Shown here: positions 10,973 through 28,428 of the stretch, one piece after another
Numbering within the stretch: the first letter of the stretch is position 1
How the letters are laid out: the number at the start of each line of letters is the position of its first letter
NCBI GenBank assembly: GCA_965218295.1
Contig: CBDCKN010000003.1
Span: forward strand, 480,001 to 544,000
Reading direction: 5' to 3'
DNA from: Longimicrobiales bacterium
GTDB taxonomy: Bacteria > Gemmatimonadota > Gemmatimonadetes > Longimicrobiales > Gaopeijiaceae
DNA length: 64,000 nucleotides
Program-made: the position numbers and the translations under genes
The notes under the pieces: generated by a model
Told to the model about the DNA's origin: nothing
What the model saw: only the letters and a program-made list of their open reading frames with translations
Databases searched by the model: none

Positions 10973-11428
10973 ATGAGCATCCGAAACGTCACAGCCTTCG
11001 CTCTCCTTGCGCTGGTCTTCGCCTGCACGACCGATCCCTCTGCGCAGGAGGCGCGTACCTACTTCAACGGGCGCTCCCCGGCCGACGGGGACGTCGCGCC
11101 CTTCAGTGGCGCCGTTCAGGTGGGCAGCACGCTCTATCTGGCCGGGAGCATCGGACTCGACCCGGGCCAGCAGGTGCCGGCCACGGCCGAGGCAGAGGCC
11201 ACGAACGTCCTGAACAACATCCAGGGCTCCCTCGAAGCCGCCGGCATGACCATGAACGACCTGGTGATGGTGCAGGTGTACAGCTCCGACGTCTCCGACT
11301 ACGGTGCCTTCAACGGCGTCTACCGCACCTACTTCACCACCGAGTTTCCGGCCCGGGCCTTCATCGGTGCCGGCACGCTGCTCTTCGGCGCCCGGTTCGA
11401 GGTACTCGGGATCGCCGTAAAGCGGTAG
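10973..11428 (+). CDS. RidA/YjgF/UK114 family protein with a lipoprotein-like signal peptide
   Basis: APFSGAV, LYLAGSIG, FNGVY..YF..FPAR and FEV motifs. The N-terminal hydrophobic stretch ends in LVFAC. Confidence 0.88.
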   Translation: MSIRNVTAFALLALVFACTTDPSAQEARTYFNGRSPADGDVAPFSGAVQVGSTLYLAGSIGLDPGQQVPATAEAEATNVLNNIQGSLEAAGMTMNDLVMVQVYSSDVSDYGAFNGVYRTYFTTEFPARAFIGAGTLLFGARFEVLGIAVKR

Positions 11429-11566
11429 TGGGGCCGACACCTGACGCTCGACATCCCGTGACGCCGAATACACATTAGTTGGCGCAGGGGAGCGGCGTTG
11501 GGCCCGTCCGGGCTCACCAAATGGTCCGGCAGATCTCGCACCAGGCCCCTCGCTAGGGGGCACTGG

Positions 11567-13206
11567 ATGCCGAATCTACAGACAAGGTCTAGCACTCGAA
11601 TGGGCTCCTGGAGTGGCCCGAGGGAAGGTCTCCTCACCACTCCCGCGGAACTGGTCCGGGGGCTGGCTCGCGTGAATCTGCCTCTATACGTCGTCGATCA
11701 CGGCGATACCTTCGCGTTCTCCCACGAGGGCACCGTCGAGCTCGGTGGCGATCCCCAGGTGGAAGGCCTCCCTCTCCTGGCCCTGGCCCCCGTATGCAAG
11801 CCCCAGCGCCTGGGATCCGCTGGATTCGCCCGTGACCACGGCGTCCGTTTCTGCTATCTGGCAGGAGCCATGGCGAACGGCATCGGCTCGGTGGAGCTCG
11901 TGGAGGCCATGAGCCGAGCGGGCATGCTCTCCTTCTTCGGCGCCGCCGGCCTCGGGCCGGATCCTATCGAAGACGCCATTGACCACATTTCCACCCGCCT
12001 GGGCGATCTCCCCTGGGGCTTCAACCTCATCCACAGCCCGTACGAGCCCAGGCTCGAAGAGGTGGTGGCCGACCTCTACGTGCGCCGCGGTGTGAACCGG
12101 GTATCCGCCTCGGCCTATATGGATCTCACGCTGCCCCTGGTGCGCTACCGGCTCCACGGGATCCATGCGGACTCGTCGGGCCGGGTGGTGACGCCCCATC
12201 GGGTGGTGGCCAAGGTCTCACGCACCGAGGTGGCCCGGAAGTTCTTCGCCCCCGCTCCGGCCAAGATGCTCGCCGAGCTGGTAGCCCGCGGAGACCTCAC
12301 CGAGGAGCAGGCCCGCATGGCGGAGACCGTCCCGGTTGCACAGGACCTGACGGTGGAGGCCGACTCGGGCGGCCACACCGACAACCGGCCCGCCATCACC
12401 CTGCTTCCCACCATGCTGGCGCTTCGCGATCGGCTCCAGGTGGAGCACGACTACGACGCCCCCTTGCGTGTGGGTTCCGCTGGCGGCGTTTCGACGCCAC
12501 ATTCCGTGGCTGCGACGTTCGCCATGGGGGCCGATTACGTCCTGACCGGCTCGGTGAACCAGGCGTGTCGCGAGGCCGGAACGTCGGACGCCGTCCGGAA
12601 GATGCTGGCCCAGGCGAAGCAGGCCGACGTGACCATGGCTCCGGCCGCGGACATGTTCGAGATGGGCGTCAGGTTGCAGGTCCTCAAGCGCGGAACGATG
12701 TTTCCCATGAGGGCTCACCGCCTGTATGATCTCTATAGAGCCCACGCGGGCCTCGAAGACATTCCCGACGACGAACGACTGAATCTGGAACGGACGATTT
12801 TCCGTACGTCATTGGACGAGATCTGGGAGGAGACACGGCGCTTCTGGGAGGCTCGAGACCCGGCCCAGGTCGAAAAGGCCGAGCGCGATCCGAAGCATCG
12901 GATGGCCCTGGTCTTTCGGTGGTACATGGGCATGTCGTCCCGCTGGGCGAACCGCGGTGAGCCGGGTCGTGAGATGGACTACCAGGTCTGGTGCGGCCCG
13001 GCGATGGGTGCTTTCAACGAGTGGGTCCGGGGCAGCGTCTTGGAGCCCTGGGAGAGCCGTCGCGTAGTCAGCGTGGCTCACAACATGTTGCATGGTGCTG
13101 CGGTCATTACACGGGCGAACGCTCTGCGCAGCCAGGGAGTGGAGCTGCCGGCCGAGTGCGTCGACCTCCGCCCCCGCGAACCAGATGAACTCGAGGAACT
13201 GCTGTC

Positions 13207-13210
<4 letters not shown>
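11567..13210 (+). CDS. pfaD: PUFA synthase enoyl reductase PfaD
   Basis: AGAMANGI, NLIHSP, SASAY, EADSGGHTDNRP, LTGSVNQ, APAADMFE and DYQVWCGPAMGAFN. Confidence 0.95.
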
Positions 13211-19476
<6,266 letters not shown>

Positions 19477-19481
19477 CCGCT

Positions 19482-22400
19482 ATGTCCTCACCCGAGCCGA
19501 TCGCAATCGTCGGCCTCGGCGGGGTGCTCCCCGGTGCCGCTACCCCCGATGACTTCTGGCGCGTCGTCGAGGCCGGCATCGACACCGCCTCCGAACCACC
19601 CCTGGGCCGCTGGCACCTGGATCTGGAGCAGGCGTACAATTCCGAGCACGCCCGGGCGGATCACGTCTACTCCCGGCGGGCCTGCTTCGTTAGAGACTTC
19701 GAGCTGGATCCGACCGGCCTGAATCTGCCGGCGGAGCTTGTCGACGCCCTCGATCCCATGGTCCACCTGGCGCTGCACGCCGGCAGGCAGGCGTGGCACG
19801 ACGCCGTCACCGATCCGGTCGATCCCGGACGCGTGGGTGTCATGCTCGGCAACATCGTCCTCCCCACGGCGTCGGCTTCGGCCATGGCCGACTGGATCCT
19901 GGGGCGTCGCTTCGAGCGCGAGCTCTTCCGGGCGGCCGGCGTACCCATGCCCATGGAGGATCGGGTTCCGGTCGGGGCTATCAACCGCTGGGTCGCCGGG
20001 CTTCCCGCCGCCATGCTGGCAAGGGCCCTGGGCCTCGGTGGGGAGCGGTTCTGCCTGGACGCGGCGTGCTCCTCGTCCCTCTTCGCCCTGGAGCTCGCCG
20101 TCGACGCCCTCCGGAGCGGCCGCCTCGACGCCGTCCTCGCCGGTGGACTGTCCCGGCCCGACTCCCTGTACACCCAGATGGGTTTCTCCCAGCTCCTGGC
20201 CGTCTCGCCCACAGGCCGCTGCTCTCCCTTCGATCACAAGGGTGACGGCTTGGTGGTGGGCGAGGGCGCCGGAATTCTGGTAGTGAAGCGCCTCTCCGAC
20301 GCACTGGAGCATGGAGATCGGATCCGAGCCGTCGTGAGGAGCGTCGGCCTCGCCAACGACGTGGAGGGCAGCCTCCTGGCCCCCAGCCAGGAAGGACAGC
20401 TGCGGGCCATGCGAGGCGCTTACGGAGCGGCCGGTTGGCGCCCGAGCGACGTGGATCTGGTGGAGTGTCACGCCACGGGCACGCCGGTGGGTGACGCCGT
20501 GGAGTTCGCGAGCCTGCAGGCGCTCTGGGCCGAGGAGCACGCCCCCGAAGCGAGCTGCGTCATCGGTTCGGCCAAGTCCAACACTGGGCACCTGCTGACT
20601 GGGGCCGGAGCCGTCGGACTTCTCAAGACCGTGTTGGCCATGGAGCACCGGGTTCTGCCCCCGACAGCCAACTTCGAGGAGCCGGGGGACAAGGTCGACC
20701 TCGCCCGGAGCCCGTTCCGAGTGCTGCGAGGGGCAGAGCCCTGGGAGGCCCCGTCGAGTCACCCGCGTCGTGCGGCGGTGAGTGGCTTCGGCTTCGGGGG
20801 GATCAACGCCCACGTGCTTCTGGAGGAGTTCGGGGCGCCCTCGGCCGGGCGTGCCACAGTCGCCGTTCCGGAGCTGCCCGCGCCCGAGGGAGTCGCCATC
20901 GTGGGCATGGGCGCCCGTATCGGGCCGTGGCAGGACCTGGAGTCCGTCCAGCGGCGGATACTGGGCCGCAGGGATGATCATCCGGTTCGCGCCAAGGAGA
21001 ACCACTGGGGGGTCCCGGACCCTCCGCTGGGGTGGTTCATCGAGGAGCTCGAGATTCCCTTCGGCCGCTTCAAGATCCCACCAAAGGAGATCGAAGAGGC
21101 TCTCCCCCAGCAGATGCTCATGCTCCAGGTTGCCGAGCGCGCCATCGCGGACGCCGCCCTGGACGATGTCGAGCGCCTTCGCACAGGTGTGTTCGTGGGG
21201 ATCGAACTCGATCTCAACACGACCAACTATCACCTGCGATGGGCCGTCCGATCCCGGGCCGCGGATTGGGCCCGGAGGCTGGAGCGTCCGACCTCAGGAG
21301 CAGAGTTCCAGAACTGGGTCGACGAGCTCTGCGATTCCCTCACGCCCGCGCTCAACGCCAACCGCACCATCGGCGGTCTCGGCTCCATCGTGGCAAGCCG
21401 GGTCGCCCGGGAGTTCGGCCTCGGCGGTCCGAGCTACGTCCTCGCCAGCGAAGAGACCTCCGGCATGTCGGCCCTCCAGGCAGCGATCCGAGCGCTCCAG
21501 ACCAAACGACTCGACTGTGCCGTCGTGGGGGCCGTCGACCTGTCCGGAGACGTCCGAGCCTTGCTCTCTCTGGCCAGCACGGATGGCGTGGCGGGTGACG
21601 GCGTCCCGCGCCCCTTCGACGGAGAGTCGCAAGGCGTGGTACCCAGCGACGGCGCGGTCGCTCTCGTGCTGAAGCGGGAAGACGAGGCCCGACAGGAGGG
21701 TGATCGTATCTACGCGGTTGTCCGCGGCGTAGGAAGCGCAGGCGGAGACCTGGCGGACGCGAGCGCCGAAGCCATCCGCCGGAGCTGCCGGGAAACCGGT
21801 GTCGACCCCGATGACGTTTTTTACGTGGAGGGCCACGGCGGCGGGGTGCCGAAAGAGGACCGGGCGGAAGCCCGAGCGCTGACAGAGGTCTATGGAGCCG
21901 ACACCATCCTCGGATGCACCAAAGCCCGTGTTGGTCACACGGGAGCTGCGGCGGGGCTCGTCTCGGTCCTCGGGGCCAGCCTGGCGCTTTACCAGCAGGT
22001 GCTACCCGGGACTAACGGACGCGACCGAGCCATGCCTGGAGACGGCTCAGCGGCCGGGCCTGCGCGTGTTCCCGAATCGGACACGGGCTTGATTCCGCTG
22101 GCCGACTCCCGTCCGTGGGTGCGTGATCGAACCGACGGTCCAAGGCGGGCCGGCGTTCTGGCTGTATCTCGAGGCGGATCCTGCTCACACGTGATGTTGG
22201 AGGGACTGGACGAAGCGGCGCGTGAGGAAGAGCGATCGAGTCCCCTGGGCCCGTTGCACGAAGGGCTCTTCGTGGTGGAAGGCGACGACGACGAGGCCGT
22301 GGCCGCCGGCCTGAGACGCCTCGCCGACTTCGCCGGGGCTACGCGGTCGGCTCCAGTGCACGCCCTGGCACGACCCTGGTGGCAGGAACAGTCCCTGCAG

Positions 22401-25400
22401 CCGGGCGCCGCCCGGGCCATTGCCCTGGTCGCCCGTGATGCCGGCGAGGTAGAGAGCCTTGCCCGGTCCGCGGCCGACCAGATCGAGGCGGGTGCCGACC
22501 CGTCGGATCGGAGCGCCGGCCGGGTCTTCTTCTCGCGGGAGCCCCTGGGACCCGAGGCTCAGCTCGCCTTCGTATATCCCGGCTCGGGGAGTCAGTTCAC
22601 CGGAATGGGCCGGGAGCTCTGCCTCCAGTGGCCAGAGATCCTGCGAGCGCGGGAGGCGAGCAGCGAGAAGCTGAGCTCCCAGCTGAGGATGCCGGAGATC
22701 TGGCGGACCGGCCCCACCCACACCGATGCCCGTACGGTGATCCTCTCCCAGGTGGCGCTGGGCACCCTGGCCACGGACCTCATGTCCCGTTTCGGCGTGC
22801 GCCCCGACGCGGTGGTCGGTTACTCGTTGGGAGAGACGGCGGGGCTGTTCTCCACGGGAGCTTGGCACGAGCGGGACGAGATGCTTCGCAGAACCACCGA
22901 GAGCGATCTCTTCGTGACCGAGCTCGCGGGCCCCTGCACCGCCGCCCGCGCCGCCTGGAATCTCGACGAGGATGCTTCGGTGGAGTGGCGGGTCGGGGTG
23001 GTCGACCAGCCTGCCGACAAGGTGAGAGGGGTCCTGGAGGGGCGAGAGCGGGTCTACCTGCTCATCGTGAATACTCCCGACGAGTGCGTCATCGGTGGCA
23101 ACGCGGACGCGGTGGATGAGGCCGTCCAGGCCCTGGGCTCGGCGTTCCATGCGCTCCAGGGTGTCACCACCGTGCACTGCGAGGTCGCCCGCGAGGTTGA
23201 GAAGGCCTACCGGGACTTGCATCTGCTCGATACCCGCCCACCGGCGGGTATGCGCTTCTACAGCGGGGCCTGGGGAGAGTCCTACGAGGTGGACCGGGAG
23301 CGGGCTGCCGACTCCCTCCTTGCCCAGGCGCTCCACGGAGTGGACTTCCCCAAGACCGTACGCCAGGCCTACGAGGACGGCGTACGCATCTTCCTGGAGA
23401 TGGGGCCAGGAGCGTCGTGCACGCGTATGGTTTCGAAAATCCTCGACGGTCTCCTCTTCAGGGCGCGCTCCATCTCCTCGCCGACACAGGACGAGCCGGG
23501 CGCCGTCCTCAGGGCCCTTGCCATGCTCGTGGTCGAGCGGGTGGAGGTCGATCTCACGCTCCTCTATCCCAGCGTCGTCGAGCCCGAGGGCGAGTCGGGA
23601 CCGGCCATCCGGGTTCCCATCGGCCAGGTGGGCCTTGGAGCGGTGCCCGTGGGAACCGTGGCGGCGCAGCCCGTCGGAACCCTACCGACCGCTGAGCCCC
23701 GCGCGTCTCTCCCCACCGAGCTCCCCCCGGGTCTGGCGGTCGCCGTGCGGGCCGCCCAGACCACGGTGGAGGCCCACGAGGCTTTTCTCCGCTCGGCCGA
23801 GCACACACGGCAGCTGGCAGCGGCCCAGCTGGCGCATCAGCGGGAGTTGATGCACGCCTTGGCCAGCGGGGGCACAGCACCCCTGATCCCGGATCTGGGC
23901 GCTGCCGTAGCGGCAGTGGAGTCGGCACCGCCGCCCACCGCCTCTCCCCCGATGCCAGCCGAGACGACCCGCGACGCCCCCGCTCCTGTGCGCTCGATCG
24001 CCCTGGACCGCGACCAGCTAATGGAGTTCGCCGTCGGCTCCATCGGAGATGTGCTGGGTGAGCGCTTCGCCCACGTGGACAGCCACCCGACCCGAGTGCG
24101 ATTGCCCGACGAGCCGCTCATGCTCGTCGACCGCGTCATGGCCATCGAGGCCGAGCCCCAGTCCATGACCTCGGGGCGGATCGTGACGGAGCACGACGTG
24201 CTCGAGGGCGCCTGGTACCTGGACGGGGGACGCATCCCTACGTGCGTCGCTGTCGAAGCGGGGCAGGCCGACCTGCTCCTCTCGGGCTACCTGGGCATCG
24301 ACTCCGAGACGAAGGGCCTGGCCGTCTACCGGCTCCTGGACGCCGTGGTGACCTTCCACGGAGAGCTGACACGGCCGGGTCAGGTCATCGTCTACGACAT
24401 CCGAATCCTCCGGTTCTTCCGGCAGGGCGACACCTGGCTTTTCCGCTTCCAGTTCGACGCCACCGTCGACGGACGCCCGCTCATGACCATGCGGGAGGGC
24501 TCAGCAGGCTTCTTCACTCAAGGAGAGCTCGATGCCGGGCAGGGCATCGTGTTGACCGGCATGGAGCAGCGGGCCATGCCCGGCCGGCGGCCCGACGACT
24601 GGCGAGAGCTGGTCCCCATGCGCAAGGAGTCCTACGACGAAGCACAGGTCGAGGCGCTCCGGCGTGGTGACATGGCCGGCGCGTTCGGCGAGGAGTTCGC
24701 CGGACTCGGCGTGACCCGTCCGCTCACGATCCCCGGAGACCGCATGCGGCTGGTTCACCGGGTCACGGAGCTCGACCCCGAGGGCGGACGCTACGGCATC
24801 GGGAGCATCGTGGCGGAAGCCGACATCCATCCTGACGACTGGTTCCTCACCTGCCACTTCGTCGACGACGAGGTGATGCCGGGCACGCTGATGTACGAGT
24901 GCTGCCTGCACACGCTGCGGATCTTCCTCCTTCGCATGGGCTGGATCGCCGAGGACGGAGCCGCAACATGGCAGCCCATCGTGGGCGTGAAGAGCCGGCT
25001 CAGGTGCCGGGGCCAGGTGCTGGCCTCTACGGAGATGGTCACCTACGAGATCAACCTCCAGGAGCTTGGCTACGACCCCGAGCCCTACGCCATCGTGGAC
25101 GCCATGATGTACGCCGACGGCAAGCTTATTGTGGACATCCGCGACATGTCCGTCCGGCTGAACGGCGCGAGCCGGGCTCAACTGGAGTCCCTTTGGGCGA
25201 ACCGAGGCGCCGGCGCTTCCCCCGACCTAACGCCGAAGAGCACGGCAGCGACGCATGCGAGGACGGAGGCCGCTGACGCCACCCCCTCAGAGTCGCTGGC
25301 CCCCGGGAGCGCTCCCTCCGAGATCACCGTCGTCGAGTCGCCCGGCGCCGCCCCCAAGGTCGTGGCTCTCCATCGGGACCCGTCGGTCCCGTACGACAAG

Positions 25401-26468
25401 GCGAGCATCCTGGCCTTCAGCAGCGGCAAGCCGTCGGAGGCGTTCGGCGAGGTCTACAGCTCCTTCGACAGTGGTCCGCGGCGCATCGCCCGGCTTCCGC
25501 GTCCCCCGTATCAGTGCATCGATCGTGTTACGTCGGTGGAGGGGGAGCCCTTCGTCATGAAGGCGGGGGCCAAAGCCACGGCTCAGTTCGACGTCACAGC
25601 CGACCACTGGTACTTCGCGAGCAACCGCCAAGGCGAGATGCCCTTCTCCGTGCTCCTGGAGGTGGCGCTCCAGCCCTGCGGGTGGCTGGCAGGATACGTG
25701 GGGTCGGCTCTGGCCTCCAACACGGACGTGCGCTTCCGAAACCTGGGGGGCGAGGCCGTCCAGCTGGCCAGGATGACCGCCGGCACAGACGTGATCACCA
25801 CCCAGGTGGAGCTCACCAGCGTCTCCTTGTCCGGGGGGATGATCATCCAGCACTACTCCATGTCGCTGGCCAGCGATCGTCAGGGGCCATTGTACGAGGG
25901 GACCACCTACTTCGGCTTCTTCTCGGACCAGGCCCTGGCTGATCAGGTCGGCATGCGCGACGCCGTCATCCATGATCCCCCGTCAGCGGAGCGCCAGCGT
26001 GGGCTGAGCTTCCCGCTCCCAGGCGAGCGGCCATTCCCCGACGAGCACTTCCGCATGGTGGACCGGATCGATCTCCTGGTGCCCGACGGCGGCCCGAACG
26101 GTCTCGGATGGATCGAAGGATCCATCGACGTCGATCCGGGTGCCTGGTTCTTCGAGGCACACTTCTACCAGGATCCCGTGTGGCCCGGCTCCCTCGGCCT
26201 GGAGGCGTTCGTACAGCTGCTCAAGGCCTACGCCGCCAAGCGCTGGCGTCTCGGTGAGGCGGCCGAGTTCCGTACGCTCCCCAGTGACAACCGCCATCGA
26301 TGGAGCTACCGCGGCCAGATCATCCCGGGTTGCCGGCGCGTGGAGGTGTGCGCCAGCATCACTGCAGTGAACGACGACCGGCGAACCCTCATAGCCGACG
26401 GATTCCTTTCGGTGGACGGCAGGACCATCTATTCGATGAACGATTTCAGCCTGGAGGCGCGCGAGTGA
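19482..26468 (+). CDS. pfaBC: Fused PfaBC (KS-CLF-AT-FabA-like DH domains)
   Basis: KS DAACSSS and HATGT; second KS with Glu in place of Cys (SEETSG); AT GYSLG and TVH; DH motifs WFLTCHF..D.VMPG and WFFEAHF..DPVWPG. Confidence 0.92.
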   Translation: MSSPEPIAIVGLGGVLPGAATPDDFWRVVEAGIDTASEPPLGRWHLDLEQAYNSEHARADHVYSRRACFVRDFELDPTGLNLPAELVDALDPMVHLALHAGRQAWHDAVTDPVDPGRVGVMLGNIVLPTASASAMADWILGRRFERELFRAAGVPMPMEDRVPVGAINRWVAGLPAAMLARALGLGGERFCLDAACSSSLFALELAVDALRSGRLDAVLAGGLSRPDSLYTQMGFSQLLAVSPTGRCSPFDHKGDGLVVGEGAGILVVKRLSDALEHGDRIRAVVRSVGLANDVEGSLLAPSQEGQLRAMRGAYGAAGWRPSDVDLVECHATGTPVGDAVEFASLQALWAEEHAPEASCVIGSAKSNTGHLLTGAGAVGLLKTVLAMEHRVLPPTANFEEPGDKVDLARSPFRVLRGAEPWEAPSSHPRRAAVSGFGFGGINAHVLLEEFGAPSAGRATVAVPELPAPEGVAIVGMGARIGPWQDLESVQRRILGRRDDHPVRAKENHWGVPDPPLGWFIEELEIPFGRFKIPPKEIEEALPQQMLMLQVAERAIADAALDDVERLRTGVFVGIELDLNTTNYHLRWAVRSRAADWARRLERPTSGAEFQNWVDELCDSLTPALNANRTIGGLGSIVASRVAREFGLGGPSYVLASEETSGMSALQAAIRALQTKRLDCAVVGAVDLSGDVRALLSLASTDGVAGDGVPRPFDGESQGVVPSDGAVALVLKREDEARQEGDRIYAVVRGVGSAGGDLADASAEAIRRSCRETGVDPDDVFYVEGHGGGVPKEDRAEARALTEVYGADTILGCTKARVGHTGAAAGLVSVLGASLALYQQVLPGTNGRDRAMPGDGSAAGPARVPESDTGLIPLADSRPWVRDRTDGPRRAGVLAVSRGGSCSHVMLEGLDEAAREEERSSPLGPLHEGLFVVEGDDDEAVAAGLRRLADFAGATRSAPVHALARPWWQEQSLQPGAARAIALVARDAGEVESLARSAADQIEAGADPSDRSAGRVFFSREPLGPEAQLAFVYPGSGSQFTGMGRELCLQWPEILRAREASSEKLSSQLRMPEIWRTGPTHTDARTVILSQVALGTLATDLMSRFGVRPDAVVGYSLGETAGLFSTGAWHERDEMLRRTTESDLFVTELAGPCTAARAAWNLDEDASVEWRVGVVDQPADKVRGVLEGRERVYLLIVNTPDECVIGGNADAVDEAVQALGSAFHALQGVTTVHCEVAREVEKAYRDLHLLDTRPPAGMRFYSGAWGESYEVDRERAADSLLAQALHGVDFPKTVRQAYEDGVRIFLEMGPGASCTRMVSKILDGLLFRARSISSPTQDEPGAVLRALAMLVVERVEVDLTLLYPSVVEPEGESGPAIRVPIGQVGLGAVPVGTVAAQPVGTLPTAEPRASLPTELPPGLAVAVRAAQTTVEAHEAFLRSAEHTRQLAAAQLAHQRELMHALASGGTAPLIPDLGAAVAAVESAPPPTASPPMPAETTRDAPAPVRSIALDRDQLMEFAVGSIGDVLGERFAHVDSHPTRVRLPDEPLMLVDRVMAIEAEPQSMTSGRIVTEHDVLEGAWYLDGGRIPTCVAVEAGQADLLLSGYLGIDSETKGLAVYRLLDAVVTFHGELTRPGQVIVYDIRILRFFRQGDTWLFRFQFDATVDGRPLMTMREGSAGFFTQGELDAGQGIVLTGMEQRAMPGRRPDDWRELVPMRKESYDEAQVEALRRGDMAGAFGEEFAGLGVTRPLTIPGDRMRLVHRVTELDPEGGRYGIGSIVAEADIHPDDWFLTCHFVDDEVMPGTLMYECCLHTLRIFLLRMGWIAEDGAATWQPIVGVKSRLRCRGQVLASTEMVTYEINLQELGYDPEPYAIVDAMMYADGKLIVDIRDMSVRLNGASRAQLESLWANRGAGASPDLTPKSTAATHARTEAADATPSESLAPGSAPSEITVVESPGAAPKVVALHRDPSVPYDKASILAFSSGKPSEAFGEVYSSFDSGPRRIARLPRPPYQCIDRVTSVEGEPFVMKAGAKATAQFDVTADHWYFASNRQGEMPFSVLLEVALQPCGWLAGYVGSALASNTDVRFRNLGGEAVQLARMTAGTDVITTQVELTSVSLSGGMIIQHYSMSLASDRQGPLYEGTTYFGFFSDQALADQVGMRDAVIHDPPSAERQRGLSFPLPGERPFPDEHFRMVDRIDLLVPDGGPNGLGWIEGSIDVDPGAWFFEAHFYQDPVWPGSLGLEAFVQLLKAYAAKRWRLGEAAEFRTLPSDNRHRWSYRGQIIPGCRRVEVCASITAVNDDRRTLIADGFLSVDGRTIYSMNDFSLEARE

Positions 26469-27544
26469 GGTATTCGCGTGTGGTCATCGAGGGGTTCGGC
26501 TACGAGCTGGCGCCGTGCATCGTCACGTCCGACGAGCTGGAGGAGAGGCTGGCCCCAGCCTATCGCCAGCTGCACATCCAGCCAGGCCAGTTGCTCCTCA
26601 TGACGGGGATCCGGGAGCGCCGCTACTGGGATCCGGGATACACTGTAACCCAGGGCGCCACGGCCGCCGCCCTGAAGGCGCTCCGCGACTCGCCCGTACC
26701 GGCCGACGCCCTCGAAACGCTGATCTACGCCGGCGTGTGCCGGGAGCACTTCGAGCCCGCCACGGCCTGCCACGTCGCCGCCGGCCTGCACAAGGCCGGC
26801 CAACCGATCCGGCCGTCGGCCCACGTCTACGACGTGAGCAACGCGTGTCTCGGCGTCCTGAATGGCATTCTCGACATCGCAAACCGCATCGAACTGGGCC
26901 AGATCCGAGCGGGGATGGTGGTGAGCTGCGAGACCGCCCGGGCCATCGTCGACACGACCATCGCCCGCCTCAACGGCCGTCCGGATATGGAGGAGTTCAA
27001 GACGGCCATCGCAACGCTCACGGGTGGATCGGCGGCCGTTGCGGTGATCCTGAGCGACGGCTCCTTCGGCGAGTCGGACAGGAGGCGCCTCCGAGGAGCG
27101 GTGGTCGAGACGGCCCCCGAGCACCACATGTTGTGCCGCTGGGGCTTGGAGGCCCACCCCGAGAGCCAGGCGAACGGGGCAGAGTCCAGCCTGCGGGAGT
27201 TCGCGAGCACCGACGCGCCGGCCGTTCTCGAGCACGGAGTCGCCTTGGGCGCCCGCACCTGGGACGAGTTCCTCAAGGAGATGGAATGGCCCGTCGAGCA
27301 GGTCAACCGCACGGTCTGCCACCAGGTCGGGTCGGCTCACCGAGAAGTAATGCTGCGGACCATGGGCCTTGCTCCGGAGCACGACTTCGTGACCTACGAA
27401 TATCTGGGTAATACTGGCACCGCGGCGCTCCCGGCGGCGGCGGCCCTGGCTCAGGAGCGGGGATTCATAGAGCCCGGACATCGGGTCGGCCTTCTCGGCA
27501 TCGGCAGTGGCCTGAACTGCATGATGTTGGGAGTGGATTGGTGA
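26465..27544 (+). CDS. oleA: OleA thiolase/FabH-like condensing enzyme
   Basis: GTGA overlap with pfaBC. TGIRERR, FEPATA, NACLG, CHQVG, GNTG and LLGIGSGLN. Confidence 0.9.
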   Translation: MRYSRVVIEGFGYELAPCIVTSDELEERLAPAYRQLHIQPGQLLLMTGIRERRYWDPGYTVTQGATAAALKALRDSPVPADALETLIYAGVCREHFEPATACHVAAGLHKAGQPIRPSAHVYDVSNACLGVLNGILDIANRIELGQIRAGMVVSCETARAIVDTTIARLNGRPDMEEFKTAIATLTGGSAAVAVILSDGSFGESDRRRLRGAVVETAPEHHMLCRWGLEAHPESQANGAESSLREFASTDAPAVLEHGVALGARTWDEFLKEMEWPVEQVNRTVCHQVGSAHREVMLRTMGLAPEHDFVTYEYLGNTGTAALPAAAALAQERGFIEPGHRVGLLGIGSGLNCMMLGVDW

Positions 27545-28428
27545 GCACCCTCTACCCATTCGCCCCCCACTACCTCGACATCGCCGGAAACCGGCTCCAC
27601 TACGTCGACGAAGGATCGGGCGAAGCCGTGCTCATGCTTCACGGCAATCCGAGCTGGTCGTTCTTCTACAGGGATCTCATCCGGGAGCTCATGGGCGGCC
27701 ACCGCACCGTGGCGCCCGATCACATCGGGTGTGGCCGCTCCGACAAGCCCGATGACGGGAGCTACAAGTATACGTTGGCCTCTCGTGTCTCGGACGTGAG
27801 CTCGCTGGTGGAGAAGCTGGACCTGCGAGACATCACCCTGGTGGTCCACGACTGGGGCGGGATGATCGGGATGGCTTGGGCCGTTCAAAACGTCCAACGG
27901 CTCTCGCGCCTGGTCGTCATGAACACGGCCGCGTTTCCGCTGCTGGACGACAAGCGCCTTCCCGCTGCCCTCTCGCTGGCCCGGACCCCGGGCCTGGGCG
28001 CCCTCCTGGTGCGCGGCGCCAACGCCTTCGCCCGGGGGGCGGTGCGCACCTGCGTGACGCGTGCGCCCATGTCGAAGGAGGTGGCAGCCGGCTACCTCGA
28101 GCCGTACAACTCCTGGGCTCACCGCATCGCGGTCCATCGCTTCGTGCAGGACATCCCGCTTCACGACGGCCACCGTGCCTACCCCATCGTCCGTGAGACT
28201 GCGGACTCCCTGGGCCGGCTCACCGGAATTCCCATGCTGATCTGCTGGGGCATGAAGGACTTCGTGTTCCACAGCGAATTCCTCGACGAGTGGATTACTC
28301 GCTTCCCCGCCGCCGAGGTGCATCGCTTCTCGGACTGTGGACACTACGTTCTCGAGGACGCCTCGAAGGAGATCGTACCATTAGTCCGTCACTTCCTCGA
28401 GGCGCACCCACACCACGCGTCCACATGA
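27541..28428 (+). CDS. oleB: OleB beta-lactone decarboxylase (haloalkane dehalogenase-like)
   Basis: HGNPSWS, PDHIGCG.SDKP, HDWGG, RFVQDIP and GHYVLED, located between oleA and oleC. Confidence 0.9.
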   Translation: MSTLYPFAPHYLDIAGNRLHYVDEGSGEAVLMLHGNPSWSFFYRDLIRELMGGHRTVAPDHIGCGRSDKPDDGSYKYTLASRVSDVSSLVEKLDLRDITLVVHDWGGMIGMAWAVQNVQRLSRLVVMNTAAFPLLDDKRLPAALSLARTPGLGALLVRGANAFARGAVRTCVTRAPMSKEVAAGYLEPYNSWAHRIAVHRFVQDIPLHDGHRAYPIVRETADSLGRLTGIPMLICWGMKDFVFHSEFLDEWITRFPAAEVHRFSDCGHYVLEDASKEIVPLVRHFLEAHPHHAST

